DNA of 31,582 bases. It comes from a bacterium (lineage in GTDB: Bacteria > Patescibacteriota > Minisyncoccia > Minisyncoccales > GWA2-46-15). Shown here one piece after another: positions 6,124 through 15,630 of this stretch. The translations under genes and the position numbers were made by a program. The notes beneath the pieces were generated by a model, which saw nothing but the letters and a program-made list of their open reading frames with translations, was not told the origin of the DNA and made no database searches. The stretch covers positions 1 to 31,582 of the forward strand of contig JAZDOL010000052.1 of assembly GCA_043798775.1 (NCBI GenBank), read 5' to 3'. Each line of letters opens with the position of its first letter. Position 1 is the first letter of the stretch.

Positions 6124-6269
6124 ATTATTTGGTATACCTCGCAGTCTCTCGGGTCTGAAACTCGGGATCGATGACTTGCCGCGAGGAACTAAATAATTAG
6201 GATTCCAAAGGAGGTCACTTCTTTGGTTACTCGGCAGGGTTTAATGCCCCGCTGAGCGAAACGCATTAA
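6124..6269 (+). other. Second structured intergenic element of unknown identity
   Basis: Nested stems ATTATTT/AAATAAT, CCTCGC/GCGAGG, AGTC/GACT and TCTCGGGT/ACTCGGGA. Separate hairpins CCAAAGGAG/CTTCTTTGG and TTAATGC/GCATTAA. G-U pairs in the first two hairpins favour the + strand. Confidence 0.45.
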
Positions 6270-6388
6270 AAAATTATAATTTACAATCAATGATTTAAGT
6301 GATAATCTTGGGTTGTAATTATTAGGATTTGTTTTCTTAAATCGAGGCGAAATAGCTGTCAAAACTGTTTCTATAAATCATTTTTCAA

Positions 6389-6940
6389 ATGTATTTTGCC
6401 CACCTTCCAGCGTCATATTTGATGATTAGATTTGTCGAATTATTCGGGATTAGTTTTTCGTTACCGGAAACAGTAATCATTGCTGTTAGTGGAATCGTTC
6501 CGGATTTTGATTTAATACTCGGGTTTATCCGACGCTGTGGCCATCACCGGCTTTTTACTCATACCCCGATGTGGATGGTCGTTATCTGGATGATAATTAT
6601 CGGTCTGTGTGGGATGGCCGGAGTCGAGTTGTCGCTAATGGCGATAATTATGATCCTATTTTCTTTAATACTTCACTTGGTTCTCGACGATCTTGGTTGT
6701 TACTGGTTTCACAGATTAGGCTTACAAAGCGATAATTGTGGGCCACGAATAATATGGTTGTATCCGATACAAAAAATGCCAAACGATGAAAGTGGAGATT
6801 TAAAAATAACCTCTCTTGCAAATTATTGCATTGAATCGCTTCCTATGTATTTTAAAAAATACCCGGCTAATCGTTGGGCGGAAATAATAATTATTCTAAC
6901 GGCAGTCATTGTATTCTTAATATCAAATAATTTATGTTAA
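6389..6940 (+). CDS. Membrane metal-dependent hydrolase (YdjM/DUF457-like)
   Basis: AHLP, PDFD, HHRLFTHT and LHLVLDD motifs with transmembrane segments. Confidence 0.8.
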   Translation: MYFAHLPASYLMIRFVELFGISFSLPETVIIAVSGIVPDFDLILGFIRRCGHHRLFTHTPMWMVVIWMIIIGLCGMAGVELSLMAIIMILFSLILHLVLDDLGCYWFHRLGLQSDNCGPRIIWLYPIQKMPNDESGDLKITSLANYCIESLPMYFKKYPANRWAEIIIILTAVIVFLISNNLC

Positions 6941-7692
6941 GTCTCGACCCGGTGATTCTCACTCTGTTAAGTGTTTTAGTTGTCAGCTTAATTTCTTTCG
7001 TTGGCGTTATTAATCTTGCTTTCGGTAGTCAGCGAATAAAGTCCACGATTTCGTTTATGGTAAGCTTTGCCGTTGGTGGACTGTTTGGCGACGCTTTTAT
7101 TCATTTGCTCCCAGAAGCGTATGTCAGGTTGGGAACAGGACTAAACACGGCGTTATATGTGATTGGCGGTATTTTCATATTTTTCATTTTAGAGAAGTTT
7201 ATGAGGTGGCGTCATTGCCACGATAATGAATGCGAAGAGCATAATCACCCAGTTGCCGCTACGGTTCTTGTTGGTGACGCGTTCCATAACTTTTTTGACG
7301 GAATGCTAATTGCCGCCAGTTATTTAATTTCTCCGGAAATCGGCATTGCGACTACCACTGCCGTGGTCTTACACGAAATACCGCACGAGATGGGAAATTT
7401 TGCCGTACTAATTCACTCTGGATATACGGTTAAGAAAGCGTTGATCTATAATTTTATTTCTGCTCTCACGGCTTTTGTCGGAGCAATTGTTTCTTTGGTT
7501 GCCGGGTCGGGAATCAGCAATTACTCATTAATCCTTATACCGATTACCGCTGGGGGATTTATATATATCGCCGGATCCGACTTATTGCCGGAATTGCATC
7601 ACGAGACTCGCGCCTCCCACTCGCTTAAGCAATTATTAGCCATTGCTTTAGGGGTTCTTATTATGGTTTTATTGGCGCTAAAAGAAAGCTAA
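6934..7692 (+). CDS. ZIP family metal (Zn) transporter
   Basis: FIHLLPEA, His-rich loop HCHDNECEEHNH, HNFFDG, LHEIPHE, LLPELHHE. Confidence 0.93.
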   Translation: MLSLDPVILTLLSVLVVSLISFVGVINLAFGSQRIKSTISFMVSFAVGGLFGDAFIHLLPEAYVRLGTGLNTALYVIGGIFIFFILEKFMRWRHCHDNECEEHNHPVAATVLVGDAFHNFFDGMLIAASYLISPEIGIATTTAVVLHEIPHEMGNFAVLIHSGYTVKKALIYNFISALTAFVGAIVSLVAGSGISNYSLILIPITAGGFIYIAGSDLLPELHHETRASHSLKQLLAIALGVLIMVLLALKES

Positions 7693-7701
7693 CGATAAGA
7701 T

Positions 7702-8556
7702 ATGCCAGAATTGCCTGAAGTAGAAACTATTGTAAGATATTTAGATAAAAATATTTGTGGCAAGAAAGTTACCGATGTTTTGGTGTTATCTAAAAAACAA
7801 TTTCCTCAAGATTCAAAATTGGTAATTGGCGCTAAGATATTATCGGTTAGCCGTCGGGGGAAAAACACGATTATTAGCCTGTCAAACGGCAAGACGATGA
7901 TTGTTCACTTAAGAATGACTGGGCAATTGATTTTAATGGACGGCAATAAAGAGAAATACGAAACAGGGAAAGTGATACCCCTAAGCGGCGGGTCGGAATT
8001 ACCCGCCAGATCAACGAGGGTAATAATTAGTTTGAATGGCGGCAAGCTATTTTTTAACGAATCACGGAAGTTTGGCGCAATTCGTGTTGTCAGCAATGCC
8101 GAGGCCGATAAAGAGGCAGATAAATTAGGGCCGGAGCCGTTTGGAAAAGATTTTTCGATTGATTATTTAACCCGTATTTTCAAAAAGACCGCAAAACCGA
8201 TTAAGGCGTTATTGTTAGATCAAGAAAAAATTGCCGGGATTGGCAATATTTATGCCAGCGAAATATTATTTGAAGCAAAAATTAACCCCAAAAGACCGGC
8301 AAAAGGCCTGAACCGAAAAGAAATAATAGCGCTTTACTGCGCGACCCTATCTATTCTTAAGGAGGCGATTAAGTATGGCGGTTCGAGCGCTTCCGATGAA
8401 GCGTATATTCAGCCAGACACCAGCCGTGGGTTATATCAAGATTATGCCCGTGTTTATCAACGCGATGGACAGCTGTGCCGAAAATGTAAAGCGTTAATCA
8501 AAAGGGTTGTTATTGGCGGTCGGGGGACATTTTATTGTCCGAATTGCCAAAAATAA
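7702..8556 (+). CDS. mutM: Formamidopyrimidine-DNA glycosylase
   Basis: N-terminal PELPEVE, HLRMTG, H2TH motif IAGIGNIYASE, and C-terminal CRKC...CPNC zinc finger. Confidence 0.97.
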   Translation: MPELPEVETIVRYLDKNICGKKVTDVLVLSKKQFPQDSKLVIGAKILSVSRRGKNTIISLSNGKTMIVHLRMTGQLILMDGNKEKYETGKVIPLSGGSELPARSTRVIISLNGGKLFFNESRKFGAIRVVSNAEADKEADKLGPEPFGKDFSIDYLTRIFKKTAKPIKALLLDQEKIAGIGNIYASEILFEAKINPKRPAKGLNRKEIIALYCATLSILKEAIKYGGSSASDEAYIQPDTSRGLYQDYARVYQRDGQLCRKCKALIKRVVIGGRGTFYCPNCQK

Positions 8557-8567
8557 TCGACTTTTTT

Positions 8568-9344
8568 ATGCTTGAAGAAGAAGTAATCACAATCAATGGT
8601 CAGGAGATCAAATATCTGAAACGCCTAAACGACGGACCGATAGTTTTATTTTTACCGGGAATCAGCGGAACGCACAAAGGATGGACGCGGGTTATCGACA
8701 AGTTGTCAAGTCGTTTTTCGGTAATTAGCATCTCCCTACCGCCATATAGCGGGGATAACGACCTGGTATCGTTACCTAAATTGGTGAAGGGATTCATTGA
8801 CGAGATGGATATTAAAAAGGTTATTCTCGTCGGCCATTCTTTGGGCGGCTTAATCGCTTTAAGAGTCAGCTCTCTTTATCCTGAACGGGTATTGAGGGTG
8901 GCAATTGTCGCTTCGCCATTGCCAGATATTGAAAAAAGAAAATTTATTAGGGGTATCATTCCTCGATTTAAGGAAATTAAGAATGTTGATAAATTAACTC
9001 GCTATTACGGAAGTCACGAAAAGCTGATAAATAATCTGGCGCGTTTCTTAGATTACGGACAGGGTAGTGAAAAAAAGATGAACGAAGAAGAATGGAATAA
9101 GTTAGTTTGCTGTATTATCGATATTGTTAACCACCAGTGGATTAAAGATATCGGAAAGGTTAAATGTCCGTCATTGATTGTTTATGGAGATGAAGATCGA
9201 GCGCTTGTATTTTTCGGCGGTACCGAATTATATTCAAAATTCAAAGATGTCATAATTTTAAAAATTGGTGGCGATCACCGATTGCCAAGAGATAAATCAG
9301 GCGAATTAGCGCTAATTATCAACGGCTTTGCCTGTGAAGAGTGA
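8568..9344 (+). CDS. Alpha/beta fold hydrolase
   Basis: FLPG oxyanion motif, GHSLGG nucleophile elbow, YGDED and GDH. The ATG at 8568 is preferred over the TTG at 8535 that overlaps mutM. Confidence 0.88.
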   Translation: MLEEEVITINGQEIKYLKRLNDGPIVLFLPGISGTHKGWTRVIDKLSSRFSVISISLPPYSGDNDLVSLPKLVKGFIDEMDIKKVILVGHSLGGLIALRVSSLYPERVLRVAIVASPLPDIEKRKFIRGIIPRFKEIKNVDKLTRYYGSHEKLINNLARFLDYGQGSEKKMNEEEWNKLVCCIIDIVNHQWIKDIGKVKCPSLIVYGDEDRALVFFGGTELYSKFKDVIILKIGGDHRLPRDKSGELALIINGFACEE

Positions 9345-9393
9345 TGGATAATAATAACGGATTTGGTCTTAATCAAAAAATGAGTTACGAGAT

Positions 9394-11286
9394 ATGAATA
9401 AACAAACAATCGTAGGGTTAGTAATAAGGGCAATAGAAAAATGCCAAAAGGAAAATGTTTTTCCTGTCTTTATTATCCCGGAAATTGTTGTTGAAAAGTC
9501 GCGTGACGGCCGTTATGGCGACTATGCCACGAGTATCGCGTTAAGATTGGCTAAAGATATTAAACAGTCGTCGTTAGGTATTGCCGAAAAAATTAAGAGC
9601 ATCCTTGAGGGATTGAATTCAGGTTATTTTTCAAAAATTGAAATTGCTGGACCGGGATTTATCAATTTTTTCTTAAGCGACAATTATTTAAGAAAGCAAG
9701 TTAGAGAGATTATTAAAAAAGGAGAAAAATATGGCGAAGTTAATATTGGCAAAAAGAAGAAAGTGATTGTCGAACATACGAGTGTTAATCCTAATAAAGC
9801 AATGCATATCGGCAATTTAAGAAATGCTATTCTAGGTGATAGTATAGGCCGTTTGCTTAGAAAGGTTGGTTATTCTGTAGAGATTGAGAATTATATAGAC
9901 GATACCGGCTCTCAAGTGGCCGATACGGTTACAGCTATTCTTTATTTAAACAAAAAACCAAAAAACAAACAAATGTTTGATGATTTTTGTTGGGATATTT
10001 ATGCCGAAATCAATCGGCTATACGAAACAGAACCGCAGTTATTAGAAAAGAAAAAAGAAGTTATTAAGAAAATCGAAGAAGGAAACAATAAAACTGCCGA
10101 TTTAACCGAAGAGGTTTCTAATAAAGTTTTACAATGTCATCTTCAAAGGTTGGCGGAATTTGGTATATTTTACGATCTTCTAGTTTACGAAAGCGATGTG
10201 ATTAGGTCGGGTTTTTGGGAGAAAGCATTTAAACAACTCAAAAACAATCCTCGTTTTATCCTTGAAACCCAAGGAGAACAGAAAGGATGCTGGATTTTAA
10301 AATACGAGGGGAGTGGCGGCAACAAGATTTTCGTGAGAAACGACGGAACTAAAATTTACACGGCTAAAGATACCGCTTATCATCTTTGGAAATTTGGTTT
10401 ACTGAAAAAAGATTTTTTGTATAAAAGATGGTCTTGGAAAATAGGGAATAAAAAGATATGGAAAACTAGTCAAGGTGGTATCCATAAAAACAATTTTGGC
10501 AGAGCGGATAAGATAATAAATGTAATCGACGAAAGGCAATCTTATCCGCAAGAAATGGTTAAACTTGCCCTTAAGTCTCTTGGTTTCGAAAAGGAAGCTG
10601 ATAATTATCACCATCTTGCCTATGGAGTGGTTTATCTTTCGCCCTTAACTGCCAAAGAATTAAAAATAGATATTTCTGACAATAAGCCATTCTATGCAAT
10701 GGCCGGGAGGAAGGGCATAGGAATCAAAATTAGCGATTTGGTAGAGTTGTTAACCAAAAATATTAAAGAAAAAGAAAGGGACAGAACAGAAGAAATAACG
10801 AAAGACAAAGAATTTGCTACTAGCTTAGAGATTGCCGTTGGAGCTATCCGTCACTATATTTTAAAGTATAATTACCGATCCCAGGTTATTTTTGATTATG
10901 ATCAGGCTTTATCTTTAAATGGTAATACCGGTCCCTATCTTCAATATTCCCATGTTAGGGCAGCTGGGATTTTAAGAAAAGCGGGAAAGTTTAAATACCA
11001 ATTTGATAAAAAAGAAGATCTAAGTCCAAGTGAAAGGGGGATGATAAAGAGCTTGAGTCGATGGCCAGAGATCGTTGAAGAAACTGGCCGTGATTTTGCG
11101 ATTTCCCGAATCACAGATTACGCTTTTGAACTTTCCTCCTGTTTTCACCTTTTCTATGAAAAAAACCCAGTTATAAAAGCGAAAGGCATTGTTAAAGACT
11201 TCAGATTAACATTAGTTTTCGCCTATCAGAAAATCATTAGTGATGTGCTTTCGGTTATGGGAATCTCTAGCCCCAAGCGGATGTAA
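9394..11286 (+). CDS. argS: Arginine--tRNA ligase
   Basis: GDYAT, AGPGFINF, EHTSVNPNKAMHIGNLRN, GNTGPYLQY, and C-terminal MGI..P.RM. Confidence 0.96.
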   Translation: MNKQTIVGLVIRAIEKCQKENVFPVFIIPEIVVEKSRDGRYGDYATSIALRLAKDIKQSSLGIAEKIKSILEGLNSGYFSKIEIAGPGFINFFLSDNYLRKQVREIIKKGEKYGEVNIGKKKKVIVEHTSVNPNKAMHIGNLRNAILGDSIGRLLRKVGYSVEIENYIDDTGSQVADTVTAILYLNKKPKNKQMFDDFCWDIYAEINRLYETEPQLLEKKKEVIKKIEEGNNKTADLTEEVSNKVLQCHLQRLAEFGIFYDLLVYESDVIRSGFWEKAFKQLKNNPRFILETQGEQKGCWILKYEGSGGNKIFVRNDGTKIYTAKDTAYHLWKFGLLKKDFLYKRWSWKIGNKKIWKTSQGGIHKNNFGRADKIINVIDERQSYPQEMVKLALKSLGFEKEADNYHHLAYGVVYLSPLTAKELKIDISDNKPFYAMAGRKGIGIKISDLVELLTKNIKEKERDRTEEITKDKEFATSLEIAVGAIRHYILKYNYRSQVIFDYDQALSLNGNTGPYLQYSHVRAAGILRKAGKFKYQFDKKEDLSPSERGMIKSLSRWPEIVEETGRDFAISRITDYAFELSSCFHLFYEKNPVIKAKGIVKDFRLTLVFAYQKIISDVLSVMGISSPKRM

Positions 11287-11340
11287 ATAACCCCTTATCT
11301 TTTGCGATAATTAACTTCATACCGTTGTTTTCTGTTTATC

Positions 11341-11369
11341 TTGACAATAAATTAAGTAGCGATTATTAT
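11341..11369 (+). promoter_or_regulatory. Sigma70 promoter of the vapBC operon
   Basis: TTGACA (11341-11346), 17-bp spacer, TATTAT (11364-11369). Confidence 0.8.
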
Positions 11370-11408
11370 TAAAAGTAAGGAATCGTTAAAAAGTAAACCT
11401 TAGAGATT

Positions 11409-11648
11409 ATGACTTACCAAACAACGATAACAAAAAAAGGACAACTCACTATTCCTAAAGGCATCAGAGACGCTTTGGGAATCTTAGCGTTGCAAAAAAT
11501 GGTCATTAGATTCGAAAAAAAAGAACGGGAAATCAGGATTAAGCCGATTCAGGACTTTTTTCAATCAGCAAGGCAAATAAAAGTCAAAAAGAAAAGAAAT
11601 CCATTAGAAGCAAGAAAATATTTGGAAAATAATTATGTTCGTTCCTAA
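11409..11648 (+). CDS. AbrB/MazE/SpoVT-family antitoxin (VapB-like)
   Basis: TTITKKGQLTIPKGIRDALG AbrB signature. Overlaps the downstream PIN gene. Confidence 0.9.
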   Translation: MTYQTTITKKGQLTIPKGIRDALGILALQKMVIRFEKKEREIRIKPIQDFFQSARQIKVKKKRNPLEARKYLENNYVRS

Positions 11649-12072
11649 TTATTTCATAGATAGCAATGTTTTTTTACGGCCGGTGGTTAAAGACGATAAA
11701 AAAGCCGCTGATGACTGTGAAATAGTCCTTAAAAAACTAAGTCAAGAAAAGAAAAAGTTTTTTACTTCGACTTTGGTTTTAGCAGAAATCATCTGGGTTG
11801 GAGAAAAGTTTTACAAGATCCCCAAAGCGGACATCGTAATAATTTTGAAGGGGATATTGGCTATAAGAAATTTGAAAGTAATTGATAAATTTAATCCCAT
11901 TTGGGCAATTGAAGAATACGGCATTATGAATATAAAGTTCATTGATTGCCTATTGGCCTCCATCTTATTTGGTCAGAGAGGAAAAATGACGATTGTTTCT
12001 TATGACCGCGACTTTGATAAAATTAAGGGGCTAACACGCGTTGAGCCGCAAGAAATAATAAACTTTTTGTAA
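11635..12072 (+). CDS. vapC: PIN-domain toxin (VapC family)
   Basis: FIDSNVFLR, LAEI, FIDCLL and SYDRDF acidic PIN residues. Confidence 0.9.
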   Translation: MFVPNYFIDSNVFLRPVVKDDKKAADDCEIVLKKLSQEKKKFFTSTLVLAEIIWVGEKFYKIPKADIVIILKGILAIRNLKVIDKFNPIWAIEEYGIMNIKFIDCLLASILFGQRGKMTIVSYDRDFDKIKGLTRVEPQEIINFL

Positions 12073-12168
12073 TCTTAGCTTAGTTAAGTGGCCAAGAAAG
12101 GATCTGGGCAGGGACAACTTGCTTGATTTTGATTTGAAAAATTGAGAGAAAAGTGCTAATTTTGATTT

Positions 12169-12753
12169 ATGATCTTGCGAAACCATTATTATATTTTGCG
12201 TCACGGGGAGCCGGTAACCTCTTGGCACAAAAATCCGAAAGCCAAGTATAGTTATCCGTGGCCCGATAGTCCGGCAGTCCACCTTAGCCGTAAAGGAATT
12301 AGCGATATTAAGAAAGTTGCCGAATCGTTAAAAGGTAAAAGCATAGACATCGTTTATTCATCCGATCTTTATCGGGTAATGCAAACCGCGAAAATTGTCG
12401 CGAAAGCAATAAATAAACCGATTATCTTCGACAAACGCTTACGAGATACATATTTAGCAAAGTATCACGGCCATCCGGTTACAGATTTTTATCGCGATTT
12501 CCCCGATCCGGCTAAGCGGTTTAAGTTGGGGCCAAAAGGCGGGGAAAGTTGGGATATAGTAAGAAATCGTGTTAAGAGTTTTATTAAAGAGGTTGACAGG
12601 CAATATAAGGACAAAGTAATCCTGATTGTCAGCCACGGCGATCCGTTAATGTTTTTAATCGGTATTATTGGCAATTTAAACAACAGGAATATGCTAACGA
12701 TCCTTAGCGAGAATAATCATATAAAAAAAGGCGAATTAAGGAAATTGAACTAA
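12169..12753 (+). CDS. Histidine phosphatase family protein
   Basis: LRHGE, SSDLYRVMQTA, DKRLRD, VSHGD. Confidence 0.9.
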   Translation: MILRNHYYILRHGEPVTSWHKNPKAKYSYPWPDSPAVHLSRKGISDIKKVAESLKGKSIDIVYSSDLYRVMQTAKIVAKAINKPIIFDKRLRDTYLAKYHGHPVTDFYRDFPDPAKRFKLGPKGGESWDIVRNRVKSFIKEVDRQYKDKVILIVSHGDPLMFLIGIIGNLNNRNMLTILSENNHIKKGELRKLN

Positions 12754-12757
12754 TAGT

Positions 12758-15619
12758 ATGGACGATATTAAATTTCCCGAAAACGAAGAAAAAATATTGA
12801 AATTTTGGAAAGAAAATAAGATTTTCGAGAAATCAATTACCAACCGCTCAATAGATAATCCAGTGTCATTTTACGACGGCCCGCCTTTTGTTACTGGCGT
12901 ACCGCATTATGGTCACTTATTAGGGAGTATCGCCAAGGATATTATTCCTCGCTATTTGACGATGAAAGGCAAGCGGGTCCGGCGGGTGTGGGGATGGGAT
13001 TGCCACGGCTTACCGATTGAAAATAAGGTTGAACAAAAACTGGGTTTAAAAAATCGACGGGATATCGAAAAAATCGGGTTGGAAAAATTTATCGGTGAAT
13101 GTCAAAGTTATGTTCTTCAGATTTCCCGGGAATGGGATTGGTATGTCGATCATGTTGGCCGGTGGGTGGATATGGAGCATGCTTACAAAACGATGGATCT
13201 GAAATATATGGAATCGGTTATTTGGGTGTTTAAACAGCTATACGATAAGGGTTTGATCTATAAGGGAATGCGAATATCGTTATTCTGTCCGCGCTGTTCA
13301 ACGCCGATCTCCAACTTTGAGATCGCGATGGATAGCTCCTATGCTGATAGAGAAGATACGGCAATAACAATGAAATTTGAAGTTACCGATAGTGAACTTA
13401 TTAGAAAACACCAACTAACCAAGCCATGTTATCTTTTGGCGTGGACAACAACTCCATGGAGTTCGGTAAGCGTGATGGGGCTGGCAATCAACAATGACTT
13501 TAAATACTCGATTGTTGAAACCGCTGAAGCAATATTTATTGTTGCGTCAAAACGAGCGGAAGCGATGTTTGGCGGACAGGATTATAAGGTAATAATCGAA
13601 CTGGAAGGCAAGGATATTTCGGGATTAAAATATCGCCATTTGTTTGATTATTACGACAATCAGTTTACCGACTTTAAAACATACCCAACTGACTATGTCT
13701 CCGAAGAAGAAGGGACAGGAATCGTGACGATTAATGGCGCCTTTGGCGATGTTGATATGCAATCAGCGAAGAAATTCAAATTGCCGATCATTGTTAATGT
13801 TGATGAAGAAGGAAAATATACCCCGGAAGTATTAGTTGCTCCCGGGATATATGTTAAAGATGCCGAGGTTTTAGTGATTGAGGACTTGAAAAAACGGGAA
13901 TTGCTTTTTAAGGAGGAAAGAATTATTCACTCTTATCCGCTTTGTTATCGTTGCGAAACGCCACTGATATACCGCGGGCAAGACAGTTGGTTTATTAATA
14001 TAGAGAAATTAAAACCGCGATTATCAGAGAATAATCAGAAAATTAATTGGGTCCCGGAACATTTTAAAAACGGCAGGTTTTTAGAAGGAATCAAATCGGC
14101 GCCGGATTGGTGCATTTCCCGTACCCGCTATTGGGCGACGGCGATGCCGATTTGGGAATGTAACAAATGTGAAAAACGCGAAGTATTCGGCTCGATTAAA
14201 GACATCGAAGAGAGAAGCGGACACAAGGTTACCGATTTACACAGGCCGTTCATCGACACGGTTGTATTCCCATGTGATTGCGGGGGGGAGTTTCATCGGG
14301 TAAAAGAGGTTCTTGATTGCTGGATGGAGTCGGGGTCGATGCCCTATAGCGAAAGGCACTATCCATTTGAAAATAAAGAAGAATTTGAAAAAAGCTTTCC
14401 CGCGGATTATATTTCCGAATATACCGGACAAGTGCGGGCTTGGTTTTATGTTCTCCATGTTTTGTCGACAGCTCTTATGAGTTCTAACAGCTATAAAAAT
14501 GTCGTTGTTTCGGGAGTGATTATGGGAACCGATGGCCGGAAAATGTCAAAGTCGTTTCACAACTATCCCGATCCGCGATTAGTAATCGAAAAGTATGGCG
14601 GCGACGCTTTGAGATTATACCTGATGGGCAGTCCGACAATGGCTGGCCAGGACATGAACATTTCTGAAGAGAAAATCGCCGAGCAGGTAAAAAGGGTCCT
14701 TCTGATTTACTGGAATTGCTATAAATACTTCCAAATGGCTAAGGAGATGAATAATTTTACCGTTACTATTGGGCCATATACCGATTCAAAAAATGTTATG
14801 GACAAATGGATTTATAGCCGGACCAATGGATTCATCAATAATTTTTCTAACGCCCTCGACGGTTACCATATCCCCGAAGCAACACGGCTTGTTCCGGAAT
14901 ATTTAGACGATTTATCGCGTTGGTATATCAGAAGAAGTCGTGATCGGTTAAAGGACAACGACCCTAACGCCTTAAACACTCTCCACCGCTGTTTGATGAT
15001 GTTCACAATCACCTCTGCTCCGCTCATTCCATTTCTTACGGAAACAATTTATCGCGAGATAGGCGGAGCCAAGGAATCGGTCCATCTCGAAGATTGGATT
15101 GTGGTAAACAAGCAGACAATCGACGAGACCCTTGAAAGTAATATGATTAAAGTTAGAGAGATTGCCGCGATGGCCCTGGCCGAGAGGGCGGAAAAGGGAA
15201 TCAAGGCGCGTCAGCCGCTTGGCGCGTTAACAATTAATATTAATCTGCCCGAGGAGTTTCTCGGATTATTAAAAGACGAAGTTAATGTAAAAAATGTGGT
15301 TGTTGATGAAAAATTTAGCCAACTGGCTAAGCTGTCAACGGAAATTACTGACGAACTAAAAGAGGAGGGAATGATCCGCGACATTGTGAGAGATATTCAG
15401 GAACACAGGAAAGAAATACACTTAACGCCGAAGGATAAAATAAAGATAATTGTATCTGGTAATAAATCTCTAGTTAGCATGGTAAATAGGTGGCAGGAAG
15501 TAATTAAGGAAAAAACTATCGCCGGAGAACTATTAGTTAAAGAAACCGAACAGGAAGGCGCCACCGAACCGGTTTTTAATAGTAGCGGTTATGATCTTTT
15601 GGTTGAGCCAATTAAATAA
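12758..15619 (+). CDS. ileS: Isoleucine--tRNA ligase (IleRS2-type)
   Basis: DGPPF, HYGH, GWDCHGLP, WTTTPW, WCISR.RYW and KMSKS. Confidence 0.97.
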   Translation: MDDIKFPENEEKILKFWKENKIFEKSITNRSIDNPVSFYDGPPFVTGVPHYGHLLGSIAKDIIPRYLTMKGKRVRRVWGWDCHGLPIENKVEQKLGLKNRRDIEKIGLEKFIGECQSYVLQISREWDWYVDHVGRWVDMEHAYKTMDLKYMESVIWVFKQLYDKGLIYKGMRISLFCPRCSTPISNFEIAMDSSYADREDTAITMKFEVTDSELIRKHQLTKPCYLLAWTTTPWSSVSVMGLAINNDFKYSIVETAEAIFIVASKRAEAMFGGQDYKVIIELEGKDISGLKYRHLFDYYDNQFTDFKTYPTDYVSEEEGTGIVTINGAFGDVDMQSAKKFKLPIIVNVDEEGKYTPEVLVAPGIYVKDAEVLVIEDLKKRELLFKEERIIHSYPLCYRCETPLIYRGQDSWFINIEKLKPRLSENNQKINWVPEHFKNGRFLEGIKSAPDWCISRTRYWATAMPIWECNKCEKREVFGSIKDIEERSGHKVTDLHRPFIDTVVFPCDCGGEFHRVKEVLDCWMESGSMPYSERHYPFENKEEFEKSFPADYISEYTGQVRAWFYVLHVLSTALMSSNSYKNVVVSGVIMGTDGRKMSKSFHNYPDPRLVIEKYGGDALRLYLMGSPTMAGQDMNISEEKIAEQVKRVLLIYWNCYKYFQMAKEMNNFTVTIGPYTDSKNVMDKWIYSRTNGFINNFSNALDGYHIPEATRLVPEYLDDLSRWYIRRSRDRLKDNDPNALNTLHRCLMMFTITSAPLIPFLTETIYREIGGAKESVHLEDWIVVNKQTIDETLESNMIKVREIAAMALAERAEKGIKARQPLGALTININLPEEFLGLLKDEVNVKNVVVDEKFSQLAKLSTEITDELKEEGMIRDIVRDIQEHRKEIHLTPKDKIKIIVSGNKSLVSMVNRWQEVIKEKTIAGELLVKETEQEGATEPVFNSSGYDLLVEPIK

Positions 15620-15630
15620 TTAATCCCAGG

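Noticed and set aside
3426-6313. 8-10 bp matches (GACCCAAGA at 3426; AATCTTGGGT at 3581 and 6304) as boundaries of the RT element
   Set aside because: Too short to exceed chance convincingly, and one copy lies inside the ORF.
3422-6388. Group II intron
   Set aside because: No domain V (AGC/CGC triad with GNRA loop) or domain VI after the ORF, no GUGCG 5' end, no interrupted gene, and a terminator follows the ORF.
3422-6388. Diversity-generating retroelement
   Set aside because: No avd-like ORF, no TR/VR pair differing at adenines seen in the window, and the motif-4 SQ signature is absent. A remote VR cannot be excluded.
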